The notes under the pieces: generated by a model
Database searches by the model: none
Seen by the model: the letters and a program-made list of their open reading frames with translations, nothing else
What the model was told of the DNA's origin: nothing
Shown: positions 1 through 12,504 of the stretch, in pieces
How positions within the stretch are numbered: the first letter of the stretch is position 1
Layout: each line of letters starts with the position of its first letter
Translations under genes and position numbers: made by a program
DNA from: Chrysomallon squamiferum
Taxonomy: Eukaryota; Animalia; Mollusca
Length of the DNA stretch: 64,000 nucleotides
Assembly (NCBI GenBank): GCA_012295275.1
Contig: CM022673.1
Coordinates: forward strand, 20,274,001-20,338,000
Reading direction: 5' to 3'

Positions 1-2450
1 TCATCAATATCAAAGATAATCATCAAAGAGAATAATAAGAATGACGATAGTAATGAGGGTAACACTAGAAATGATGGAATTAATTTTGTATTTTTTAAAG
101 TTTGTTAAAAGATATATTGACATTTCTGCGGTTTGTTTTCTCAGGATGAGAAGAGGAAAATGAAGAGGAGAATCTACACATGCATCTTCTGTTTAAGAAT
201 GGTGCAGGAGAAGGACATCACCTAAATTGTAAACAGAAATGCCTGTACATTTTGTGAAGAACAAATTGATAAAAACTGAAAAATAAGAATATTTCCTTTA
301 CAAAAAGTGATTAAAATAAAATGAAATAAATTAATAGTAATAAAAATAATAATAGTAATAGTACTGATAATGACAATAATGATGTTATCAACAACAATAA
401 CAAAGATGAGTTCAATATGATCACCATCATCATCATGAAAGAGAATAAGAATTATCATGATGATGATAGTAATGATGAAATTCATTTCGTATTTGTTTTA
501 AAGTTTGTTAACTGAAATATTGACATTTCTACATATTGTTTTCAAACAATCAGAAGAGGAAAATAAAGAGGAGAACCTACACATGCATCTTCTGCTTAAG
601 AATGGTGCATGAGAAGGACATCACCTAAATGGTAAAAAGAAATGACTGTACATTTCTTGAAGAACAAATTGATAAAGACTGAAAATTTAAAATATTTGCT
701 TCTTAAAAAGTAATTAAGCTCAAATGAAATAAATTAATTTAAATAAACTTAATAACTTTTACAATAATAATCAAAACAGTAATAGTGATTATCTTGATGA
801 TGACAACAATGATGTTAACAAGAGGAATAACAAGGATGACACCAACGTGATCATCATCATCTTCATTAAAGAGAATATTAAAGAATTATTGTGGTAATGA
901 TAGTAATGAGGATAACACTAGTAATGATCAAATTAGTTTTGTTTTCGTTTTAAAGTTTGTTAAATGAAATACTGACATTTCTGCAGTTTATTTACTCAGG
1001 ATGAGAAGAGGAAACTGAAGAGGAGAATCTACAAATGCACCTTCTGCTTAAGAATGGTGCATGAGAAGGACATCACCTAAATTGTAAACAGAAATGACTG
1101 TACATTTTGTGAAGAACAAACTGATAAAACTGAAAAATAAAAATATATCTCTCGAGAAAGTAATTAACCTCAAATGAAATAAATTAATTTAAATAACGGT
1201 AATAATTTTTACAATCACATTCAGTGCAGTAATAGCGATCGTATTGATGTTGACAATAATGACGTTAACAAGAAGAATAACAATGATGATCATCATCGTC
1301 AAAGAGAATAATAAGAATTATGCTGATGATGATAGTAATGAGGGTAACACTAGTAATGATGAAATTCATTTTGTACTGTTTTAAACTTTGTTAAAAGATA
1401 TACTGACATTTCTGCGGTTTGTTTTCACAGGATCAGAAGTGGAAAATGAAGAGGAGAATCTACATATGCATCTTCTGCTTAAGAATGGTGCAGGAGAAGG
1501 ACATCACCTAAATTGTAAACAGAAATGACTGTACATTTTTTGAAAATGAAATTAATAAAATGGAAAAATAATAGTATTTTCTTTACAAAAAGTAATTAAA
1601 ATAAAAGGAAACAAATTAATAGTAATAATATTATTAAAAGAAGAGGAAACTGAAGACAGGAATATACAGCTGAAGTCAGGAATAGGTTTTTAATTTTTGG
1701 GGGTTTGCCACCGTTTGGGTGGGCGTGTATTTATTTTAACGTAGGCATCAGACTCTTAATACTGATGTCTACACATGCATGTTCTGCTTTATTATCCGTA
1801 GATCTCACAGGTGAAGAAGGTGAAAGAGTGCTGCAGGAGAGAGACATCATCTGAATGGTAAAGAGAAATGCCTGTACATTTTTTGAAAAAGATTAACAAA
1901 AAAGAAAAGTATTGGCTTCATAAAAATTAATTAAAACAAGTGAGATAAGATAAAATAAAATAAAATAAAGTGATAATAACAACAACAATAGTAAATGGAA
2001 TAATGGCAGTACTGAAAATGTGAATAATAACGAGAATAACAACAAAAACAACAACTACAACAACATAATCACCAACATATTCATCATCAAAGTGAATAAG
2101 TGTTATATGATGATGATAATAGAAAGGGTAACACTAGTAATGAATTATCTTTTTACTTGATTTAAAGTTTGTAAAATGAAATACTGACATTCCTACAGTT
2201 TGTTTTCCCAGTAGCACAAGAAGAAAATGAAGACCAGAATCCACAGATAAAGCCAGGAATGGGTTTTTCAGTTTCCTTCGATTTCTGGCATTTGAGTTGG
2301 ACTTTATGCATTTTAACATAGACAAAATGCTGCAGGAGAAAGAGATCACCTAAATTGTAAACAGACATACCTGTACATTTTGTGAAGAACAAATTAATAA
2401 AAAGCGAAAAATAAAAATAATGATTTACAAAAAGAAATTAAAATTAAAAG
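1..2450. repeat. Tandem array of ~400-450 bp units (about 6, the last two diverged)
   Basis: The core aatctacacatgcatcttctg...aagaatggtgc..gagaaggacatcacctaaattgtaaacagaaatg..tgtacattt recurs near 170, 575, 1026 and 1457, with diverged versions at ~1640-1880 and ~2190-2400. Confidence 0.9.
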
Positions 2451-3242
2451 TCACCGCGTCTATCAGCTCGGTTTCAACGAATACAATTTTTTTAAATTTT
2501 ATTTTTGATGTACTTATTTATTTATTATCGTGGGGCAGTGATGTTATATTTTATTATAAATTACGTAGAGATTAGCAGGAGACGGTGAGAATGAGAGAGA
2601 TGAAACTGATATTTATTCCCCGCATGTGGAATCGTCACACTTTATATTCATAATCATTTAATTTCTATGTATAATATATTTTATTTGGGTGAGCGTAGTT
2701 TTCTGACAATAATTTGAGAGTACTGGACAAAATTTACGGTTTGTGTTTACCACCTGCGGTCCTATTTATATGACAAAATTAAAATTGAGCGGAAATTAAG
2801 GGCTTTCATAGTAAGACTACTGCTGTTTACCTTCTTATTTACACTGCATTATGAAAATAATTTTGATTCGGTAAAGAAATTTAGAGAGCTTTTATTTCAC
2901 TGGAAGAGTGATATATATATATATTGTTAATTTTTATTGTTGTTGTACTCCACAGTTTAAACTAGATTATATGTATCTTTGATTCGACCTAAAGAGTACA
3001 CTGACATATGGAGTTTGTTACGTTGATATGTTGTCAATTGCGGTCAGATTAATATCTTATTTAGTAAGAGAATTCAGGTTTAATTAGAAATATAAAGGGG
3101 CTTCCACAATATAATTTGTGCTGATGTAAACCTTGTAACGAATATGAAGAAAAAAAATTCAGTTGCTCTTCTACCACTGATACTATTAACATCACTTATT
3201 ACACTTGTTTCAGACACAAGACAACATTATGAAACATATATG

Positions 3243-3285
<43 letters not shown>

Positions 3286-3610
3286 ATATATATAGGCATA
3301 TGTACATACAGATATATATACATTATGCACTTCATTGTAGTTTTAGTTTCACTGACAAAAAATTAAATGCAAAATTATAATCAAATATGTTTCATGTTTC
3401 CAATATTAAGACAGTAACATTTCTATTTCCCCACATGGGATGATGTCTCCAGTGTTTGAATTTACTTTTTTGTGTTGTGTTTTGAATGGAAAAAAGGAAA
3501 TAAACATAAAATGCATTACCAACACTGATAATATTATCACATCTTAATCATCATCATCATCATTTTGTTTTTGTTAATGTTTTTATTATTATTATTATTA
3601 TTATTATTGC

Positions 3611-3649
<39 letters not shown>

Positions 3650-4451
3650 TGCTGAAATTACTTACCAGAGCTTGAAACTTTTTTCATATCAAGAATTAAG
3701 TTGACAATGTTATTTGTGGGTCTTACAGTTGCAGTATAAGAAAAGCATCACATTTAGTCTTTGTGCCTGCAGTCTTGCAGGCTGTTGGATTAAAAAAGAG
3801 TAAATGATTTGTAAAAGTTTAAAAAAGCTAAATGTTTCATTTCAACACTCCCTGGAACAACAATCACACACAGACACATAACTGCATATAAATACTATAT
3901 ACACACAAACACACGCACAGACATACACATACAGAAGCTCATACATACTCAACACACATAAACAAAGAAAAACTGGTGTATTAACAGAAGCACACTGTTT
4001 TAAATCTAAATTGTTTCAAACTACTGTCTTGTGATGGTCACTAATGTATTTTCCACCTGAAAATAGTTTTATTTTATTCACTGACCTTTTCACGAGAAAC
4101 ATTCCTAACGATATTTAATAAACAGGTTGTAGCAATAATTTAGAAATGTATTTAACTACATTACTTACTTGAAGTTCAGGTATCCACACTGAAACCACCC
4201 TCATCACATTTAATTATACCGGAACCATGGTGGACGTCTTCTCCTACTTTTAGTTTACCCCACGTTGTCTCACACTGCTCAGTTTGCATGTCGTACACAG
4301 CTGAAATCTCTAAAAATATATATTGATTAGATCTAAGTGTCAGACTTTCTGTCTCTCTATCTAACTCTTTCAATATCTGCCAAAATCTGAGCTTATTTAA
4401 TTGAATCTGTGTCTCTCTGCACTATGCAATGTTTAACTTGCAATTTGATAA

Positions 4452-4487
<36 letters not shown>

Positions 4488-6139
4488 TACAAAATCAGAA
4501 GAAAAATGAGATATGATTTAAATGGTCACATAAATTGAAAATGAAGTTAAAAACAGAAAAGGTCACATAACAAAATCATGACTAACTTTCTGTTATGAAT
4601 CACATATGTACGACAGCACCACAATCAGAAGGAACATTACAGGAGGCATGTTGAATTTATGGCTATAATTATCTGAAATCAATAAGATTAAGAATAGAGT
4701 CGACATATTAACAAACATCAAAAAAAAGGAAGTAAAAATGTTACAACAGAATTGTAACTGACATGTCAGTAAGAAAAAACTAGTAACTGAACTGAAGATG
4801 TTAAAACTAACAATTCTTTACTATTTTTATTTATTTATTATTTTTTTGCATCAATCACATATAACGAGCAAAAAAGTTAATACTAATTAATGAGTGAAAA
4901 TATTAATAGAAACAGAAAGAAGGATTAGCTAAAAATGTTACACTAGAAGTAACGTAGCAAATAAAAATGTTAACACCAGTAGTAAGATGTACGATTATGT
5001 AACAGTGCTAATGCAAGTAGTGACATGAACTAAGTAATAATGTTAATACAAGAAGTCAAATCTAGTAAGAAAAAGAATGTTGAGACAAGTTATACTATAT
5101 ATTAAGCAAAACTGTTAATATCATATAGAAAGCAGAAATTTTAATACCAGTAGTAAGTAACACATAGTAACAATAATAATATTAGTAGAAACTTGTAGTA
5201 AATAAAACTGTTAACACCAGTAGTAACACATAGTGTATTATTAGAAGTAACATGTAGAAAGTAATAATGTTAATAGTTGTATAGCATGTAGTAATGAAAC
5301 CTGTTAACACCAATAGTAACATTAATAATAAATGGTAATATTAGTATACATTAAAATATAAATTTCAGGATTGATGTATCTCAAGTAAAACTATTAATAA
5401 AGAAGTAACAAACAGTAATAATGCTAGTTCTAGTAGTAACATGTAGTAAATCTACAAGTGAATTTCAGTATTGATATATCGCAAATGTTAATAGTATCTA
5501 AAAATATTAATACACGTAGTAACTCACAGTAAAAATATTAATACTGGTATAACGTGTATTAAAATGTAAATACAGGTGATGACATATCACACCAGCAGCA
5601 GCTCAAAGCAAGTAAAATTGATACCAGTACCAGTTGTAACACGAAGGATGTAGAGTTATCAGTATAAAATGTAGTAAGTAAAACATTAAATGTATTTGCA
5701 AAGTTACAATATTTAATGTTAACTCAAGTTATATCTGTGAGTGGTATAAATTATCTTGCATTAGTTCAGTTCCTAGAATTGTCAAAGTATTATAATTAAC
5801 TATGTTGTAAAATCTTTCTAAAAACGAAATGGCAACAGTAATATAGTGTTAACAAATGTAACTACTCGATTGCTGGTATTATTATTAACGTTGCTTTCCT
5901 CCTCCTCCTCTTCCTCTTCTTCTTCTTCTTCTTCTTATTATTATTGTTTCCTTCCAAATAGTAATGTAGCTTAAATAAATAACTCTAAAATAAACTTAAA
6001 AACAGAAGACACCACATCACCAAAATCATGACTGACTTGTTTGAGTCGACTCACATAAATTCAATTGCACGTGTTGGAATGACGTAATCATAATCAGTAG
6101 ATCATTACTGCAGATATGTTCAATTGTTGTCTATACCAT
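2189..6139 (-). pseudogene. Decayed multi-exon gene for a secreted Cys-containing protein (loosely CUB-like)
   Basis: Minus-strand AG/GT-bounded exons: 6139-6037 and 4672-4587 (two related signal-peptide-like exons, e.g. MPPVMFLLIVVLSYICDS*), 4300-4169 (AVYDMQTEQCETTWG...IIKCDEGGFSVDT*TS, donor gtaagt), 3781-3666 (CKTAGTKTKCDAF/frameshift/SYTATVRPTNNIVNLILDMKK, donor gtaagt) and 2370-2189 (GMSVYNLGD...GFICGFWSSFSSCATGKTNCRN, donor gtcagt). Mostly phase-1 junctions; stops and frameshifts present. Confidence 0.5.
4900..5640. repeat. Degenerate AT-rich minisatellite (~35 bp, gtaacatgtagtaaataaaactgttaacaccagta-like)
   Basis: Recurring tgttaa(c/t)a..agtagtaaca motifs; a similar tract at ~6280-6520. 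Confidence 0.6.
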
Positions 6140-6524
6140 CTGTAATAAACAACATTAATATATTAACACATCCCACACAAAAAAGAAAAAAAGTAAAATG
6201 TCAACAATTGAATTGTTGGTGAGAGAAACTAAAGTCAAGATGTTAGGAAAAACATTGACATCCTTGACATACAACAAGTAAAACTACTATTACTAGCAAT
6301 AACAGGTAACAAGTAAAATTGTTAATATAAATGTTAAAATGTAACAAGTAAAAATATTAATACTAGTACTAACATGTAGGAAATAAAGATGTTAATAACA
6401 GTAATATGCCACAAGTAAAAATGTTAATACTGGTGTTAATGTTTTTGTAGTAACATTAACATCAGGGAATAAAGCTATTAATATTATTATCAAAATATGA
6501 CAAGCAAGAATGTTATAAGCATGT

Positions 6525-9060
6525 TCATTTGGAGTTGATATACATTTTTGTTTTATAAAATGTGGGTTTTTGTTTCATGTTTTTAATAAATAAAATATAT
6601 TTTGAAGTAAAATGTAATTTTTAAAATATATATATATAAACATAGTAAAGCATTTACTACTACAGAACAATTAAAAAAAGAAACAATATATATATATATA
6701 TATATACTCACATGTATATATATTCAATTTTTGTTTTAATTGTTCTGTGGTACTAAAGGTTTACTATGTTTATAATTATATATATATATATATATATTGT
6801 GTTAGTCTATTTTTTACTGGTATTGTCATATAAAAGAAAACTACTTTTTGTTCTCTATTAATTAGAAGATACATTCATGTAATGTTTACATTTGATTAAA
6901 TTATCATTAGAAAATTGATAGTAACAAAATTTATAAAGCAAATGTAAATATTCATTGATGTTGTATTTTTTTACATCTAACTTTAATAATTACAGAATAG
7001 TGAATAATTAGTAAAGTAAATGTAAGTTTTAAGTAGGAATATTTTTTCATACATTGTTTATATAATAGTTGGATTACCAGCAAAGGTTAGCACATTATAC
7101 AGTACTTTCTGTTTTGCATAATTGAAAAACAAATGACTAAATTAAAAGTAAATCACTGTAATAGAAAATAATTTCTGGACAGAAATAATCATGAAGGAAA
7201 AAAAAAAAAAAAAAAGATATTTATACCAAACAATCATTCAGTGTAATACATTCCTCAAAATATTTTTTTATAAAAACAATAACTACTAACAAAAAAAAAA
7301 AAAAGCAGATAAATGTAAATATTTCTAATTTAACATTACGTTTATTTTATTAATGATTTACTGTTTAGTAATTATTAAATAAATGTATAACAAAAGTGAG
7401 AGTACCCATAAAAGTAAATCTTGATTGTAAAGGTATATTAAATTGCTAACATTTTCAAATAGTAATTAAATATAATAAAACTAATTTTATTATTTTTAAT
7501 ACTAAATGAGAAATATAATAACTTATTAGTGTATGTGTGTGTGACCAATATAACATATTAAGTACTAAGTCTGAATTTTGTTGAAATGAAATAATTTAGA
7601 TTTTACTGTTTCACTAATTTCTTTCAGACTTTTGTAGTCTTTTATTATAATACAGAGTGTATTGTAATGCCATCAAAAATTAACATAATAAATATGCTTT
7701 ATAAATTGTAATTACTTTTGTTTTCTTTATTTCCTGTATTCAAGAGAAACACAGTGCAATGGAATAATGCATTGTACAAGTTCTTGTGACATCCTCTGAC
7801 ATCCACTAGTGACATTGTGTTTGTGACAGAGACAACAGTTCCTCTTCAGTTTGTAACCTTAACAATTATATAAACCATGTGTGACAGAGACTAACAGGTG
7901 TAATTTATAATAGATGTTAGATTTCATTTAAAATTATATAAGCTATGTATGATGAAGATATTATCTCTTGTTGAATAGATGTTAGATTTTTCTTAACAAT
8001 TATATAAGCTATGTGTGATGAAGATAGCAGTTGAATAGATGTTAGATTTCCTTAAGAATTACATAAGCTATGTTGAGGTGTTGTTTTGGGTGACCCTTTG
8101 GTGTCTGTGTCTGCTGAAGTTGAAACAAGTCTTGACTCCACTCTGGGACAGCAGTGTTAAAAGACTCCCTCTGTGGTTTTTCGTTGGTAATAAAAACAGA
8201 GATCGCATTTTGGTTGAGGCTATTAGTTTTACACCGTACAGGACAGACATGTGGTTAACTGTCAGCTGGAAAGTTGTATAGATCCAGCTGACTTAGGTAA
8301 CTATAGGTTTTTACGGCTCTGTTTAAGTAACTGAAAGGTAGTTTGATGTGGTTTTCTAACAAATATTATTTAACTATATACATACATATATATATAGTTT
8401 GAAGTAGTATAACCATTAGTTGGAGAATGGCTGTTAATCTGAGATCAGACCAATCAAAGTAGTTATTATCTTTAAAACAGCGAGAATAGCCAAGAATCTG
8501 ATGTCAACACTAACCATCCTGCTAAGTAGTATGTTATTTTGATATACTTGCATGTTCAACTATTTTACCTTGTGGGATAAACACATTTAATATCCCTGCA
8601 TGTTCACTGATCTGGTGAGAGTAATTTCATGGCATGAAACTGTTTGTAATCGGCAAAGTAAGCATTGTAAGCTTATTTGGTAAATAACTGTTATTAGACC
8701 TTGTAATATATATATTCTATAAATTTAAACTGATATTGTGTTTCTAGTGATTTAACACTGGCTAACTATAAATACATATGTGACCTTGCTCCCTGAATAC
8801 CATTAGAGACGAGTCAGATCAGGTATTAATCTACGCTATACAGGGAGGTCTGCATGTATGGTTAGTGCTATTTTGAGGGAAGAGTTTTACACCCGTTGTG
8901 GGGTTCTAATTTGGTCACGTGACGACTGTGTTAATTATGTATGGGTCACATGCAACTGTCAGACACCCCGTGACAGTGTTACATACCAGTGAGTCTGGTA
9001 ACTCTACTAATGAAATCTTCATCACAAGTAAATTGTGGAATGTTTAAACAAAAAGCATAG
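6525..9060 (+). repeat. Segmental duplication, copy A (paralogous to ~60630-63905)
   Basis: Collinear blocks, e.g. 6741 vs 60782 (tgttctgtggtacta), 7400 vs 62083 (gagtacccata), 7740-7820 vs 62518-62598, 8040-8340 vs 62880-63180 and 8990-9040 vs 63848-63900. Confidence 0.9.
7822..8975. mobile_element. Solo LTR (~1154 bp) with 5-bp TSD gtgtt
   Basis: Begins tgtgaca at 7822 and ends gtgaca at 8975. Flanked by gtgtt at 7817-7821 and 8976-8980. An uninterrupted paralogous site exists at ~26490-26600 (ccactactgacagagtgttacaaaccagcgtgtctggtaactctac). Confidence 0.75.
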
Positions 9061-9106
9061 TTTATTATGTTAATTTGCTCACACAGAGTAATAAGTATGA
9101 CCTATA

Positions 9107-11833
9107 CATCTAACACAACTGTTATTCAGATCTTTCTAGCTGGTGGGTCAGTAGCACCTACAGGACAAAAGGACAAAACCTTTCACCAAGAGAAAGTGGA
9201 GAATACCCAGACACATCCAGTTGTGGTCATCAGTTCAAATCAACAGTTTCAACATAATCTGGATAATAGTGGTAAAGAACTGAAAGATAGTATGAAGGAT
9301 CTGGATGATAGACAGAAGGACCTGGATACCAGTAAGGACCTGGATAATAACAAGAAACTAGATGGTAATAAGAAGGTACATGATGATAAACAGAACTGAA
9401 CAGGACCTGGATGATAGTAAGAACAAACTAGATGATAGAAGGAATTACATCACAATAATAGGAATGAACTGGAGGATAGACAGAAAGAACAGTATGACAG
9501 ACACAAGGAACTGGATGAAACAGAGAATGAACCGGATGATAATAAGAAGGAATTGGATGAAACAGAGAATGAACAGGATGATAATCAGAAGGAATTGGAT
9601 GAAACAGAGAATGAACAGGATGATAATAAGAAGGAACTGGATGAAACAGAATGAACAGGATGATAATAAGAAGGAATTGGATGAAACAGAGAATGAACAG
9701 GATGATAATAAGAAGGAATTGGATGAAACAGAGAATGAACAGGATGATAATAAGAAGGAACTGGATGAAACAGAGAATGAACAGGATGATATTAAGAAGG
9801 AATTGGATGAAACAGAGAATGAACAGGATGATAATAAGAAGGAATTAGATGAAACAGAAAATGAATAGGATGATAATAAGAAGGAATTGGATGAAACAGA
9901 GAATGAACAGGATGATAATAAGAAGGAATTGGATGAAACAGAGAATGAACAGGATGATAATAAGAAGGAATTGGATGAAACAGAGAAAGAACAGGATGAT
10001 AATAAGAAGGAATTGGATGAAACAGAAAATGAACAGGATGATAATAAGAAGGAATTGGATGAAACAGAATGAAAAGGATGATAATAAGAAGGAACTGGAT
10101 GAAACAGAGAAGGAACAGGATGATAATAAGAAGGAATTGGATGAAACAGAGAATGAACAGGATGATAGTAAGAATGAACTGGATGAAACAGAAAATGAAC
10201 AGGATGATAATAAGACAGAATTGGATGAAACAGAGAATGAACAGGATGATAATAAGAAGGAACTGGATGAAACAGAATGAACAGGATGATAATAAGAAGG
10301 AATTGGATGAAACAGAGAATGAACAGGATGATAATAAGAAGGAATTGGATGAAACAGAGAATGAACAGGATGATAATAAGAAGGAACTGGATGAAACAGA
10401 GAATGAACAGGATGATATTAAGAAGGAATTGGATGAAAACAGAGAATGAACAGGATGATAATAAGAAGGAATTAGATGAAACAGAAAATGAATAGGATGA
10501 TAATAAGAAGGAATTGGATGAAACAGAGAATGAACAGGATGATAATAAGAAGGAATTGGATGAAACAGAGAATGAACAGGATGATAATAAGACAGAATTG
10601 GATGAAACAGAGAATGAACAGGATGATAATAAGAAGGAACTGGATGAAACAGAATGAACAGGATGATAATAAGAAGGAATTGGATGAAACAGAGAATGAA
10701 CAGGATGATAATAAGAAGGAATTGGATGAAACAGAGAATGAACAGGATGATAATAAGAAGGAACTGGATGAAACAGAGAATGAACAGGATGATATTAAGA
10801 AGGAATTGGATGAAACAGAGAATGAACAGGATGATAATAAGAAGGAATTAGATGAAACAGAAAATGAATAGGATGATAATAAGAAGGAATTGGATGAAAC
10901 AGAGAATGAACAGGATGATAATAAGAAGGAATTGGATGAAACAGAGAATGAACAGGATGATAATAAGAAGGAATTGGATGAAACAGAGAAAGAACAGGAT
11001 GATAATAAGAAGGAATTGGATGAAACAGAAAATGAACAGGATGATAATAAGAAGGAATTGGATGAAACAGAATGAAAAGGATGATAATAAGAAGGAACTG
11101 GATGAAACAGAGAAGGAACAGGATGATAATAAGAAGGAATTGGATGAAACAGAGAATGAACAGGATGATAGTAAGAATGAACTGGATGAAACAGAAAATG
11201 AACAGGATGATAATAAGAAGGAACTGGATGAAACAGAATGAACAGGACGATAATAAGAAGGAACTGGATGAAACAGAGAAAGAACAGGATGATAATAAGA
11301 AGGAACTGGATGAAACAGAATGAAAAGGATGATAATAAGAAGGAATTGGATAAAACAGAAAATGAACAGGATGATAATAAGAAGGAACTGGATGAAACAG
11401 AGAATGAACAGGATGATAATAAGAAGGAATTGTATGAAACAGAAAATGAACATGATGATAATAAGAAGGAACTGGATGAAACAGAGAATGAACAGGATGA
11501 TAGTGAGGAGGAGGAGCTTTATGAAATGGAGGAGGAACTGGAGGAGATGGTGACAAAGATTATAAGTAGACGAGAGTATCGTCAAAACATTCGTGAAATA
11601 CACAGTTGTCTTATTGATAAGTAAAGTGTCTGGTGAAAAAATTACTGCAAAGGAGATGCTGAACAAATTAAAAGGTTTATATTCTTGTCATATCCATACA
11701 ATTTATACATAGTTTTATACTGAATGAGATTGTGCTAGTATTTGTTATGATATATGATGACTGAATGAAATGAAATCTCCATGACATTTCTTGTCAAAGA
11801 ATGAAGGGATACCTGTTGTAGAAAAGAATATTA

Positions 11834-11873
<40 letters not shown>

Positions 11874-12020
11874 ACACGCACACATATGTATTATCACTTA
11901 TTATCATTAATTTTTATTCATTTCTTCTTCTTCGTCTTCTTTTTTTGTATTATTAATCTTATTAGTCATTTTTATTTATTATTATTGAATGAAAGTTCAA
12001 AATATAAATTATTATTGTTA

Positions 12021-12062
<42 letters not shown>

Positions 12063-12504
12063 GATTATTATTATTATTATACATCATTATTAAAGTATAA
12101 AGAAAAAGCTTGAAGACTGTTTCTTGCTTAGACCTGATGATGAAGCTGGGCTGAACACTTATACCCACCTCATTGATGTGGCTCTACTGTATGGAATTGA
12201 TGAACATGTTGGACCTGACCTCAGCCAGTCAGTTGGTGCAGCTAAACCAAATGTAAAGATAATTCCTCTCTCAGCTGATGGAACTGAAAAGAATGTTGCT
12301 ACACAGAAAGATGAACCAGCTGTTCATGTTTTCCATCAGCACAACAGAGAAAGTTCTCAGTCAGATGAGGAATCTGATGCTGAATGGCAAATGAAAACCT
12401 CAGAAATAATTAAAGACTGTGATGAATTCAGTGACAATGAAGAAATAAAAAATCTTGGATCATGTATCAGCAAAACAGTAGCCAGGAACAAAAAGTTTGT
12501 CTGA
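9107..12504 (+). pseudogene. 5'-truncated, frameshifted copy A of the acidic-repeat protein gene
   Basis: Homologous to 18057-19970. Large exon ends ...ITAKEMLNKLK at donor 11674/11675. Last exon ~12094-12504 (IKKKLEDCFLLRPDDEAGLNT...NKKFV*). The array contains stops and 2-nt deletions. Confidence 0.75.
9505..11500 (+). repeat. 42-bp coding minisatellite (EQDDNKKELDETEN)n, roughly 47 units, with higher-order periodicity
   Basis: Unit gaacaggatgataataagaaggaattggatgaaacagagaat, with 40-bp variants. Identical or near-identical ORFs recur at an offset of 1003 bp (9651/10654, 9849/10852, 9887/10890, 10069/11072). Confidence 0.95.

Noticed and set aside
8039-8281. Conserved small ORFs on both strands (also 62891-63131)
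   Set aside because: Explained by the duplicated LTR; the ORF ends differ between copies through frameshifts.
9505-11500. CRISPR-like regular array
   Set aside because: Head-to-tail units with no unique spacers, no cas genes, eukaryotic context.
10795-11666. Long minus-strand ORFs (253 and 272 aa; also 18334-18936)
   Set aside because: Antisense read-through of the 42-bp repeat.
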